From Desulfobacterales bacterium (GTDB lineage Bacteria > Desulfobacterota > Desulfobacteria > Desulfobacterales > UBA5616): a stretch of 64,000 nucleotides of DNA. The stretch is taken from positions 5,143 through 69,142 of the forward strand of contig JAWODC010000077.1 in assembly GCA_046483495.1 (NCBI GenBank), in the 5' to 3' direction. Position 1 is the first letter of the stretch. Each line of letters starts with the position of its first letter. The translations under genes and the position numbers were made by a program. Below the pieces are notes generated by a model. It made no database searches. It saw nothing but the letters and a program-made list of their open reading frames with translations, and was not told the origin of the DNA. Positions 8,660-16,891 of the stretch are shown here, one piece after another.

Positions 8660-8819
8660 GTTCTTCCTTAGTATTTCAATTCTCGGCGTTATTACCATAA
8701 TTTTTAACGCACACTATAACAAAATATTGATTTCGGACAATATCTTTTCTATAAAAAACAGTTCGCCTCTTTAGGATTATGCGCATGTAAACCGATATCT
8801 AACGCACAGGTCAAGTTCT

Positions 8820-10412
8820 ATGAAAGTTGCATTGATTGCCCCGCCTTATCCGTTGGAAGAGGCGCCGTCCCCCCCGTTGGGAATTTGCTATGTGGCCGCA
8901 TCCTTTGAAGCGGCAGGTGCGAACGTTCGCATTTTCGATTACATTGTCAGGGCGTATACGCCTGAAAAACTCCGGTCGGAAATGGATCGATTTCAACCCG
9001 GCGTGGTCGGCACCAATTCCGTCACCATGAATTTTAAAACCGCCGCGGGCATTCTGAAGACCGCAAAACGGCATGATCCGTCCATCACAACGATCATGGG
9101 CGGTCCTCATGTATCGTTTGATTATGAAAACACCCTGAAGCAATTCCCTGAAATCGATGTAATCGTCGTAGGGGAAGGTGAAAATACACTTAAAGAGCTG
9201 ATTCCGGTTCTTCATGACAGGACTGCTTGGCCCGGCATCGAGGGATTGGCGTTCATGATGAACGGATGCGTGGTTACGACCGGAAAACGGGCCTTTGTAC
9301 AGGATCTGGACGCCTTGCCCCTTCCCGCAAGACATCTGTTGCCGGTAAGCCGATATCAGGCGCTCGGCTTTCCGGTCAGCATTATTACCAGCCGTGGATG
9401 CCCCAACCAATGCATTTTCTGCCAGGGCCGTCGCATGGTCGGAATGAAGGTAAGGTATCGCTCTCATCTGCGGATTGTCGATGAAATCGAAGATATCCTA
9501 ACCTACGGCTTTACGCGAATTAATATTGCCGACGATTTCTTCACGTCCAATAAAAGGCGTGTCCGGCTGATTTGCGACGAGATACTCCGAAGAAAGCTGG
9601 CGTTTTCATGGGCCGCTTTTGCACGGGTGGATTCCACCAGCCGGGAAGTGCTGTCGGTGATGAAGAACGCCGGCTGCGATACCGTAAGCTTCGGCATCGA
9701 ATCCGGCAATCCGGAAATGCTCAAACGAATCCGGAAGGGAATCACCATGGACCAGGCGAGAAACGCCGTGGCTATGTGCAGGGAAGTGGGAATGGGTGTA
9801 TTTTTGTCTTTTATGGTGGGTCTTCCCGGTGAAACCGAGCAAACCCTGAGCGACACGCACGCCTTTGCCGAAGAGCTCGATGCGCCTTTTGGATACCATT
9901 TCCTGGCGCCGCTTCCCGGAACCACCCTGTGGGAAGAAATGGATCGATTCGATTTAGAGGTGCTGACCGATGATTGGGACCGCTATGACGCCAACCATGC
10001 GATTACACGCACATCGGCGCTCAATGAAACCCAGGTGAGCGATTTTGTGGGAATTTTCAATAGAGAAGTGGAAAAGGCCTGGAATGGCATATTCGAGCGC
10101 TATCGGAACAATGACTGTACGCCCGATGAAAGGCTGCGTGTAGAGGGGGACCGGCGGATGCGGATGATATTCACCATTTTGTCGGAAGACCTCGTTGAAA
10201 CCCTGGGCCGATACCCGTTGGCGGCGACAAAAAACGGCCATATATCCCAACTTTCCGAAAACCTGTCGACGGTTCTTGCCCATCCGCTTTCAGAGATCCG
10301 GGAAATCATGTACGATTTGGCCGGCAAGGGGTGGATAAAATATGAAACAGCAGGGGATTGCATTCAGTGGTATTGGAGTCATAATAAGGATGTGGATCGG
10401 CTGAGTAGCTGA
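8820..10412 (+). CDS. B12-binding-domain radical SAM protein
   Basis: 530 aa. N-terminal cobalamin-binding-like domain (MKVALIAPPYP..GICYVAA), then the SRGCPNQCIFCQ CxxxCxxC motif. Confidence 0.85.
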   Translation: MKVALIAPPYPLEEAPSPPLGICYVAASFEAAGANVRIFDYIVRAYTPEKLRSEMDRFQPGVVGTNSVTMNFKTAAGILKTAKRHDPSITTIMGGPHVSFDYENTLKQFPEIDVIVVGEGENTLKELIPVLHDRTAWPGIEGLAFMMNGCVVTTGKRAFVQDLDALPLPARHLLPVSRYQALGFPVSIITSRGCPNQCIFCQGRRMVGMKVRYRSHLRIVDEIEDILTYGFTRINIADDFFTSNKRRVRLICDEILRRKLAFSWAAFARVDSTSREVLSVMKNAGCDTVSFGIESGNPEMLKRIRKGITMDQARNAVAMCREVGMGVFLSFMVGLPGETEQTLSDTHAFAEELDAPFGYHFLAPLPGTTLWEEMDRFDLEVLTDDWDRYDANHAITRTSALNETQVSDFVGIFNREVEKAWNGIFERYRNNDCTPDERLRVEGDRRMRMIFTILSEDLVETLGRYPLAATKNGHISQLSENLSTVLAHPLSEIREIMYDLAGKGWIKYETAGDCIQWYWSHNKDVDRLSS

Positions 10413-10475
10413 AAGCTCAAAGCTGAAAGGCGGGAAGCTATAGAATGCTCAAAGCGTAAGGTCATAAGATATAGG
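10408..10475. repeat. Heptamer array GCTGAAA GCTCAAA GCTGAAA decaying into related units
   Basis: Read directly. The first unit contains the TGA stop of the radical SAM gene. Confidence 0.75.
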
Positions 10476-10486
10476 AAAATAGTCGT

Positions 10487-10738
10487 ATGTATGCCAGGAC
10501 GGCAAGGCAGTTACGGAAGCTGATTGCAAAAAATCCCGGGGAAAGCCCATCGGTGTTTTTGCCTGATCAGTCATTTGCAGCGTTTTGTTACGATCGTTAT
10601 ACGGCCGCGGATTTAAAATCCGCCTTCAACCGTGACCCTGATCCGGATGATTGTCGAAAATGGCGGCTTTCACCGTCGGAATGGCGGGAAAACATCGAGA
10701 TGGCCTTTATCGCCCGATCTGAAGCGGAAAGGCGGTAG
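10487..10738 (+). CDS. Hypothetical small protein (83 aa)
   Basis: ORF only, with a weak SD. No family recognised. Confidence 0.3.
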   Translation: MYARTARQLRKLIAKNPGESPSVFLPDQSFAAFCYDRYTAADLKSAFNRDPDPDDCRKWRLSPSEWRENIEMAFIARSEAERR

Positions 10739-10761
10739 AAGGGGCTCTTGACGCTTTGGCC

Positions 10762-11898
10762 TCAGGCTGCGGTCAGCATTTTTTTAAGTTCCCGGCAAAC
10801 CAAATCGATCTGGTCGTTCTTCAGATCGGGGTACATGGGAAGCGATATCAATTCTTTGGCACATGTTTCCGTTACTGAGAAGTTGTCTTCAATATACCCC
10901 ATGAATTTGCAGGCCTCGGTAAGATGAACCGGTGTGGGGTAGTGAATGCCGCATTGAATACCTCTCTCGTTCAACTCGCTCATGAGCCGGTCACGATTTT
11001 TCGCTCGTATGGCATAGATATGATAGATATGCCGTGCATCGGGGCATTCATGGGGACGGATAATGTTTTTTGCATCTTCCAGAAGCAGGTTGTACAATGC
11101 CGCTTTTTCCCGACGCGCTTCATTCCATATCGAAAGGTAATTGAGCTTTACGCGGAGAACGGCGCCCTGTAAACCGTCCATCCGGGAATTCCACCCGATC
11201 CTCACGTGGTGATGCTTGGCTGCCTGACCATGATCACGGAGCATTGCAACCGTTTCTGCGATTTTCATGTTGTCGGTCACCACGGCGCCTGCCTCGCCGA
11301 AGGCTCCGAGATTTTGACCCGGATAGAAGCTGAAACAACCGGCATCGCCGAAGGAGCCGGCACTTCGTCCTCTGAATTGCGCCCCCGAGGCCTGGCACGC
11401 GTCTTCGACTACGAATAAATCCTCCGAGTGCGCTATTTCCATGATGGAGGCCATGTCCGCCATCTGGCCGAACATGTGAACAGGGATGACGGCTTTGATG
11501 GACTTGCGCCTTTCGGCATTTCTGTTTCTGAATTGCAAATAATCCTTCAGGCGCTGGGGGTCCATCGTGTAGCTCTGCTCTTCGATATCCACAAAAATCG
11601 GCCTGGCCCCGCACATGCTGATGGCTTCGACGGTGGCGATACATGTATTGGGCGTGGTGATCACTTCATCACCGGGTCCGACCTCCAAAGCCTTCAGGGC
11701 GAGCCATATGGCCTCGGTTCCACTCCCGACGCCGACGCAATGGCCGCATCCACAAAAATCGGCAAATTCCCTCTCGAAGTCGGCTACAAATGGTCCTCCG
11801 AAAAAGGCCGTTTCATCCAACACCTGTTGGATGGCTTTATCGATTTCCATGCGAATCCCGTTGTGCTGTGCTTTCAGATCTAGAAAGGGAACGTTCAT
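10762..11898 (-). CDS. DegT/DnrJ/EryC1/StrS-family PLP/PMP sugar aminotransferase-fold protein, active-site Lys replaced by Gln
   Basis: MNVPFLDLKAQH start with GGAGGT SD. Family motifs VVEDACQASGA and CFSFYPGQNLGAFGEAGAVVTDN. The usual K in SF(Y/H)PxKN is CAA=Q (plus coords 11314-11316). The ORF-track start 11961 overlaps the sigma-54 promoter, so ATG 11898 was chosen. Confidence 0.85.
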   Translation of the reverse strand: MNVPFLDLKAQHNGIRMEIDKAIQQVLDETAFFGGPFVADFEREFADFCGCGHCVGVGSGTEAIWLALKALEVGPGDEVITTPNTCIATVEAISMCGARPIFVDIEEQSYTMDPQRLKDYLQFRNRNAERRKSIKAVIPVHMFGQMADMASIMEIAHSEDLFVVEDACQASGAQFRGRSAGSFGDAGCFSFYPGQNLGAFGEAGAVVTDNMKIAETVAMLRDHGQAAKHHHVRIGWNSRMDGLQGAVLRVKLNYLSIWNEARREKAALYNLLLEDAKNIIRPHECPDARHIYHIYAIRAKNRDRLMSELNERGIQCGIHYPTPVHLTEACKFMGYIEDNFSVTETCAKELISLPMYPDLKNDQIDLVCRELKKMLTAA

Positions 11899-11944
11899 TC
11901 CTTTTACCTCCGTATTGAAGCCCAAATGTCCTGATTCACTATGT

Positions 11945-11960
11945 TGCAAGACTAATGCCA
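11945..11960 (-). promoter_or_regulatory. Sigma-54 (-24/-12) promoter TGGCAT-N5-TTGCA
   Basis: The minus strand reads TGGCATTAGTCTTGCA with canonical GG-N10-GC spacing, about 45 nt upstream of the DegT ATG. A sigma-54 activator gene lies immediately upstream. Confidence 0.7.
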
Positions 11961-12067
11961 CAAAAATGATGCTCTTGATTACAGGGATTTATTGAAAAGG
12001 ATGGACGTCGATCGGGTAAAATGCCATCATCGCAGGGCAAGGTGCCCGTTCAGAAGCAATATAATAA

Positions 12068-12102
12068 TGCCCATCCGGAAGTGCTGATTCGCTCCATTTC
12101 GG
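12068..12102 (-). repeat. REP-like element (family CCATCCGGAA..GAATCAGC..TTCCGGATGG)
   Basis: TGCCCATCCGGAAGTGCTGATTCGCTCCATTTCGG aligns to the elements at 16828, 22829 and 36286. A partner half-site TTTCTGGATGGGCAC lies at 12197-12210. Confidence 0.6.
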
Positions 12103-12245
12103 CGTCGGAAGGGGAATTTTAATCCTCAAAATATTCAATGTATTCCTTCGGTTAAAATTTACCGGCCTCCTTGAACGGAATCGAATTTTTTCTCATTTCT
12201 GGATGGGCACAAAAAAATGCGTGATTTTCTGCCGGGACCGGTGTT

Positions 12246-13577
12246 TCAATGATGGTGTTGATTGTTGATGGTCAATAGTTTCCGATAAAGTGTTTTCGGA
12301 TCGATGCCCAATATCTGTGCGGCATCTTTCTTTTTCCCGTTGACTTCCTCTAAAATGTTGAGAATGTGATTTCGTTCGACTTCTTGAAGAGTCCGGGTGC
12401 GAAATGCCGGTATGTTTGCCAGATCGGTCGGCAGGTCATCGGGTTGAATGGTCCCTTTTCCGTTTGTCGACACCATTGTCCGGTGGATGACGTTTTGCAG
12501 TTCTCTGATGTTGCCCGGCCAGTCATAATTCTGGAGGACTTTCAGCGCTTCTTTACTGAACCGCTTGTTTTTGACTCCAAAATTTTCCATTTTTTCGATC
12601 ATGTAGTCAACCAACTCGGGAATATCCTCTTTTCTGGCCCTTAACGGGGGGACGCGCAATATGAGTGTCGACAGCCGATAATACAGGTCTTGCCGAAATC
12701 TTCCCTCGAGCATTTCCTGTTGAAGGTCTTTGTTCGTAGCGGACACGATACGGACATCCACGTGGACTTGTTTTACGCCCCCGACCCTGAAAAATTTTTT
12801 GGTATCGAGGAAGCGAAGCAGTTTTTGCTGTAATAAGCAGGGAAGGTCCCCGATTTCATCCAAAAAAAATGTGCCCTGGTCGGCGATTTCCAGCAGGCCC
12901 TGTTTTCGGGCCTGGGCTCCGGTGAATGCCCCTTTTTCATAGCCGAACAGTTCACTTTCGATGACGTTCTCCGGTATTGCCCCGCAGTTTACCGGTACGA
13001 AAGGCTTATTCGCCCGCTTGGAAGCTTTATGGATTTCCGTGGCCATAAGTTCTTTCCCGACACCGGATTCGCCTAAAAGCAATACGGGAAAATCGAACAA
13101 GGCAAAATCCCTCAGTTTTTCCAAAAGGGACAACAGGTGGGCATTTTTGGTGATCAGTTTGTCCCGGTCGGGGTTCGCATCGGTGATATTCATGGGAGGC
13201 GGAGTTTTCGGGATAAGCGATTTTTTTTCTGCCACTTTGTCGATAAGTTCGATAACCCTTTTCAGGTTAAACGGCTTGGGCACATAGTCGAACGCCCCGA
13301 GCTTAGCCATTTCAACGGCGTTTTCTATGGAACCGCAGCCCGTAAGAATAATAACTTCGGTGTGTATGTTCAGTGCCTTGATTTTTTGAAGAACGGTTTT
13401 TCCCGTGATGTCGGGCAGGTTCAGGTCCATAAGGACGATATCGAAATCATCAGCCTTTATCATTTCCACTGCTTTAAGGCCGCAATTCGCCTCTTCAATC
13501 GTATACCGCCTGTCGTAAAGTTCGGTTTTAAGGACCTTCCTCAGATTGGCATCATCATCAACGAGTAATAATTTCAT
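12246..13577 (-). CDS. Sigma-54-dependent response regulator (NtrC family: REC + AAA+ + Fis HTH)
   Basis: MKLLLVDDD..DIVLMDLNLPD receiver domain, GESGVGKE Walker A, a GAFTGA-like GAFTGAQ motif, and a C-terminal HTH AAQILGIDPKTLYRKL. Confidence 0.9.
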   Translation of the reverse strand: MKLLLVDDDANLRKVLKTELYDRRYTIEEANCGLKAVEMIKADDFDIVLMDLNLPDITGKTVLQKIKALNIHTEVIILTGCGSIENAVEMAKLGAFDYVPKPFNLKRVIELIDKVAEKKSLIPKTPPPMNITDANPDRDKLITKNAHLLSLLEKLRDFALFDFPVLLLGESGVGKELMATEIHKASKRANKPFVPVNCGAIPENVIESELFGYEKGAFTGAQARKQGLLEIADQGTFFLDEIGDLPCLLQQKLLRFLDTKKFFRVGGVKQVHVDVRIVSATNKDLQQEMLEGRFRQDLYYRLSTLILRVPPLRARKEDIPELVDYMIEKMENFGVKNKRFSKEALKVLQNYDWPGNIRELQNVIHRTMVSTNGKGTIQPDDLPTDLANIPAFRTRTLQEVERNHILNILEEVNGKKKDAAQILGIDPKTLYRKLLTINNQHHH

Positions 13578-13828
13578 AGGGTTACCATCCTTTATAAAGA
13601 ATTTGCACTAAGACTGCACCACAAACAACAGTAATCCCCCGCATATGTCTTCCCTGTGTGTGGAGTTTGATTTGTGAAACCTGGGAGTTTGGAGTAATTC
13701 TATCGATTAAGGGGTGATTTTCAATACATGAGAACCTGTACTGTGAAGCCGCACAACCCTACTTTGGCCTGAAAAGCTACCCTGCTGTGCCGTATGTCCG
13801 GGATTTTCCTATATACGGTTTTCTCCTG

Positions 13829-14521
13829 TCAGTTCACATTTGTTTTTTGGAAACGATAAAATGTCGTGCGTGGAATTTGGAGTGCCTCGCACGCCGCCAC
13901 TACCCCTACATCCTTGCGTAAATCCACTGCGGCGCTCAATAGCTTTTGTTTGTGGTGTTTTCCGTTGTCCGGCCGGGCTTCGGGGTCGCGGAAAATACCT
14001 CTTTGAACCTCGATGATGCGTTCAGCCTGCCGTAGTTTTGTTCGAAGCTGACGGTTTTCCTTCTCCAGCCGTGTTAACTTTTCAAAGGCCGGTGATTTTT
14101 TGACGGATTTTCGTCCTCGCTTTTTTGGTGCCATTGCCTTCAACATGCCTTGATTCCGCTGTTTCCGCCATCGTGCAAGGCTTGATGAATAAAGGCCTTC
14201 GCGCCGCAAAAGGGCTGTGATCTGGCCGGGTTCCGAGCAATTGTCAGCCTCGTTCAAGATGTGGAGCTTGTAGGCGGCTGTCAATCGTCGCCGGGTTTTC
14301 CGTGGTTTTTGCATTTTGGATGCCGTGATTGGCGGGTTCTCATTTCTATGGGTCTCAGGCCCGGACCTTTTATTCGGGTTATTCGGGGCCGTTCGTATTT
14401 TGTCTTCTTTTCTGTTCATGTCGTTCGTTTCGAAAACTGCGATCGGTTTTTTTTTCATTGGGGATCTCCTGTGGAATCGGGTGTCCATTCGAAATAGCGG
14501 CCGTTCATAGAAGGGCGCCAT
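13829..14521 (-). pseudogene. IS3-family transposase fragment (OrfA HTH + leucine zipper + first ~45 aa of OrfB; no DDE domain)
   Basis: RRRLTAAYKLHILNEADNCSEPGQITALLRREGLYSSSLARWRKQRNQG, then LEKENRQLRTKLRQAERIIEVQ, then VGVVAACEALQIPRTTFYRF followed by a stop. The likely native start is MQKPRKTRRR at 14314. No catalytic domain follows. Confidence 0.7.
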
Positions 14522-14924
14522 TTTAAAATCATTGTGCTAATGCATCATGCAGGTCCTGTTTGATTTTCCATTGGCAAGCGGTTCTCTAATTTCTATTCCG
14601 GCATCGGGATGGGGTGTCCGTAACACCGCCGTAGAACCGTTTCCGACGCCTTCTGTGGCGGGATACTAAATGATGGCGCCTGAATTTTGAATAGGGGGAA
14701 ACGTGTATAGGACCCGTACATAAACAGTAGAAGATATCAGCCGTTTTGCGGGACATGTGACAGAGCGGTTTGGTCTTTGCAAAAGTTTGTGGAATTGTCG
14801 GGAGGGGTAACGGGCGCGACGAACGGACGGGGATTGGGACTTGCATGGGATTTTTTGCCGGGCGCTGAAATGAGGTTCGATGAAAACGCTTTATTCGTGC
14901 AGGAATTTATTGTAAATTTAATTT

Positions 14925-15902
14925 ATGGCCCTCTCTACACACACACAAGACGAAATCCAGGAGCTCGCCGCCAAATGGATGCCGGCGGGATGGGACGGCC
15001 GTGGCCTGCGTGTCCACACCGATACGACCGATTTTTTTGCCATCGATTATGGTGATGTCGTGCTGCTGGGGGGTCGGCCCTACCTCGTTCGGAACAATGC
15101 CAGGGAGGGCCGATTCGGCCTTGATGACGACGTCAAGTACTGGGTAAAGCGGTCCATCGATCTCGATCGCGGTGAAATGTGCATCATCAAACTGGTATTT
15201 TACGAAAAATTCAAGACCTCCGTCGGTGGGATCGAATTCGAATGTTTCCGCAGCCCACGCAAGGAGGCGCGCATCCTTCAAATGGTTCGAAACCATCCCA
15301 ATTTTATGCACGGGGAATCCGTCGTCGACGAAAAAGGAAATACGATTCGGATCCTGGATTACATTAAAGGCAAGTCTTTATCGGGGCACATCGCCGATCT
15401 TGACCAGGACCATGAATCCTATTTTTACGACATATTTCCGGATATTTTTCACAATTTCATCGAATGCGTGGACGCCATTCGGCATCTCCACGAAAATGGA
15501 GAAAAGCACGGTGACATCAGAAGGGACCACATCCTGCTCGACCGGGAAACCGGAAAGTATCGATGGATCGATTTCGACTACAATTTCCGCCACCGTGAAA
15601 ACATATATGGATATGACCTTTTCGGGCTTGGAAATATCCTTGTATATATCGTCGGGAAAGGCGATATGCTCTTGTATCATCTCAAACGGCAACATCCCGA
15701 CGCATTCTCCGGGCTCAGGGAAACGGATGTGAATATCGTTTTCCACAACCGGGTGGCCAATCTGAAAAAAATATATTCGTATATTCCCGATTCATTAAAT
15801 CGGGTGCTTCTGCACTTTTCAACGGGTGCAAACTGGTTTTATGAGCACACAGAGCAGCTGCTGCAGGACCTTCAGCAGGCCGCGGGGGATATCCATAAAT
15901 AA
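14925..15902 (+). CDS. Atypical protein-kinase-like protein
   Basis: 325 aa. Catalytic-loop-like HGDIRRDHILLD and WIDFDYNF (in place of DFG), preceded by a beta-rich N lobe. Deviates from the HRDxKxxN consensus. Confidence 0.6.
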   Translation: MALSTHTQDEIQELAAKWMPAGWDGRGLRVHTDTTDFFAIDYGDVVLLGGRPYLVRNNAREGRFGLDDDVKYWVKRSIDLDRGEMCIIKLVFYEKFKTSVGGIEFECFRSPRKEARILQMVRNHPNFMHGESVVDEKGNTIRILDYIKGKSLSGHIADLDQDHESYFYDIFPDIFHNFIECVDAIRHLHENGEKHGDIRRDHILLDRETGKYRWIDFDYNFRHRENIYGYDLFGLGNILVYIVGKGDMLLYHLKRQHPDAFSGLRETDVNIVFHNRVANLKKIYSYIPDSLNRVLLHFSTGANWFYEHTEQLLQDLQQAAGDIHK

Positions 15903-15916
15903 TACGGGGGATACTC

Positions 15917-16390
15917 ATGGAGAAAGACAGAGAAATCCGGTGGAACAAGAACTTTTTGGTTGCTGTGGACGATTCGGATAATTCACGCAGGGCGGTGCAA
16001 TACGTAGGATATCTTCTCGGCCGCATGCCCGAAGTCCATGTTACGCTGCTGCATGTGATTCCGGAGCCGGACGAAGATTATTTTCCCGAAGCAGAGCAGC
16101 GGCAGCAGTGGCTTGCCACCTACAGAAAAAAAATGGAAGCCGTACTGGATGATTATCGCCGGCTGCTGCTGGATGAAGGATTCCCGGAAAAGGCCGTTGA
16201 GATGCGCCTCCCGCTTCGCTGGTGTCCGTCAATGGCTGAATGCATCCTTTCGGAAAGGGACGAACGCCGATACGGCACGATCGTTGTCGGCAGACAGGGG
16301 CTTTCCCGGAAAGAGCAGTTTTTATTCGGCAGCATCAGCAGTAAAATCGTGAACCACGCCCGCTACTGCACGGTGTGGGTGGTTGAATGA
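15917..16390 (+). CDS. Universal stress protein (UspA family)
   Basis: NFLVAVDDSDNSRRAV ... IVVGRQGLSRKEQFLFGSISSKIVNHARYCTVWVV are typical USP motifs. Confidence 0.8.
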   Translation: MEKDREIRWNKNFLVAVDDSDNSRRAVQYVGYLLGRMPEVHVTLLHVIPEPDEDYFPEAEQRQQWLATYRKKMEAVLDDYRRLLLDEGFPEKAVEMRLPLRWCPSMAECILSERDERRYGTIVVGRQGLSRKEQFLFGSISSKIVNHARYCTVWVVE

Positions 16391-16400
16391 GAAGCGGATT

Positions 16401-16766
16401 TTACGATATGATTTTCAGCCGGTGGGATTTTCTGCGCCAGTCATCGAATTCACTGAGATGGGCCAGCAGGTCACGGCATTCCATCCTCAAAAAGGGAACT
16501 TGCCGGACGGTTGACGGCCGAATACGCCTGTTGAAATAAAAAAATATACTTCCCTTGTTGTCGGGGTCCATGGCTTCGAGCAGGTGGGACAGCTTTTGAG
16601 CGGTTGAAAAGTAGTCGTTGATATCCAACGGCTGGGTGATTATCCTGTGAGCAAGTGATTTGATCTGGCTGTAAACCTCCGGATGCCTTCTGACGGCTGA
16701 CTGCGTTGCAGACAAGGCATTTTTCCAGCGGCTTTCCAAATCGCTAAGCGTCGGATTGTCGTTCAT
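16401..16766 (-). CDS. Hypothetical protein (121 aa)
   Basis: ORF only. No family recognised. Confidence 0.45.
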   Translation of the reverse strand: MNDNPTLSDLESRWKNALSATQSAVRRHPEVYSQIKSLAHRIITQPLDINDYFSTAQKLSHLLEAMDPDNKGSIFFYFNRRIRPSTVRQVPFLRMECRDLLAHLSEFDDWRRKSHRLKIIS

Positions 16767-16827
16767 GATCTAAAAAACCGTTAGGATTGCCGAAAACACT
16801 TTTGCCCATTTGCCGCGCCGGCTGGTG

Positions 16828-16870
16828 CTCATCCGGAAATGGAGTGAATCAGCCGTTTCCGGATGGGCAC
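16828..16870 (+). repeat. REP-like hairpin CATCCGGAAATGGAGTGAATCAGCCGTTTCCGGATG
   Basis: 10-bp inverted arms read directly. Same family as 12068, 22829 and 36286. Confidence 0.7.
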
Positions 16871-16891
16871 CAAAGAGCAGCGATCAGCCGT

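Noticed and set aside
12197-12222. Sigma-54-like GGGCAC-N7-TGC on the plus strand
   Set aside because: The GG to GC spacing is off by one from the canonical -24/-12 geometry, and no plus-strand gene follows. The GGATGGGCAC part belongs to the REP-like family.
13739-13770. TGTACTGTGAAGCCGCAC resembling an IS150-type (IS3 family) terminal inverted repeat
   Set aside because: I could not find a matching inverted copy on the other side of the transposase fragment (14315-14924), so element boundaries cannot be supported. Only the truncated coding remnant is reported.
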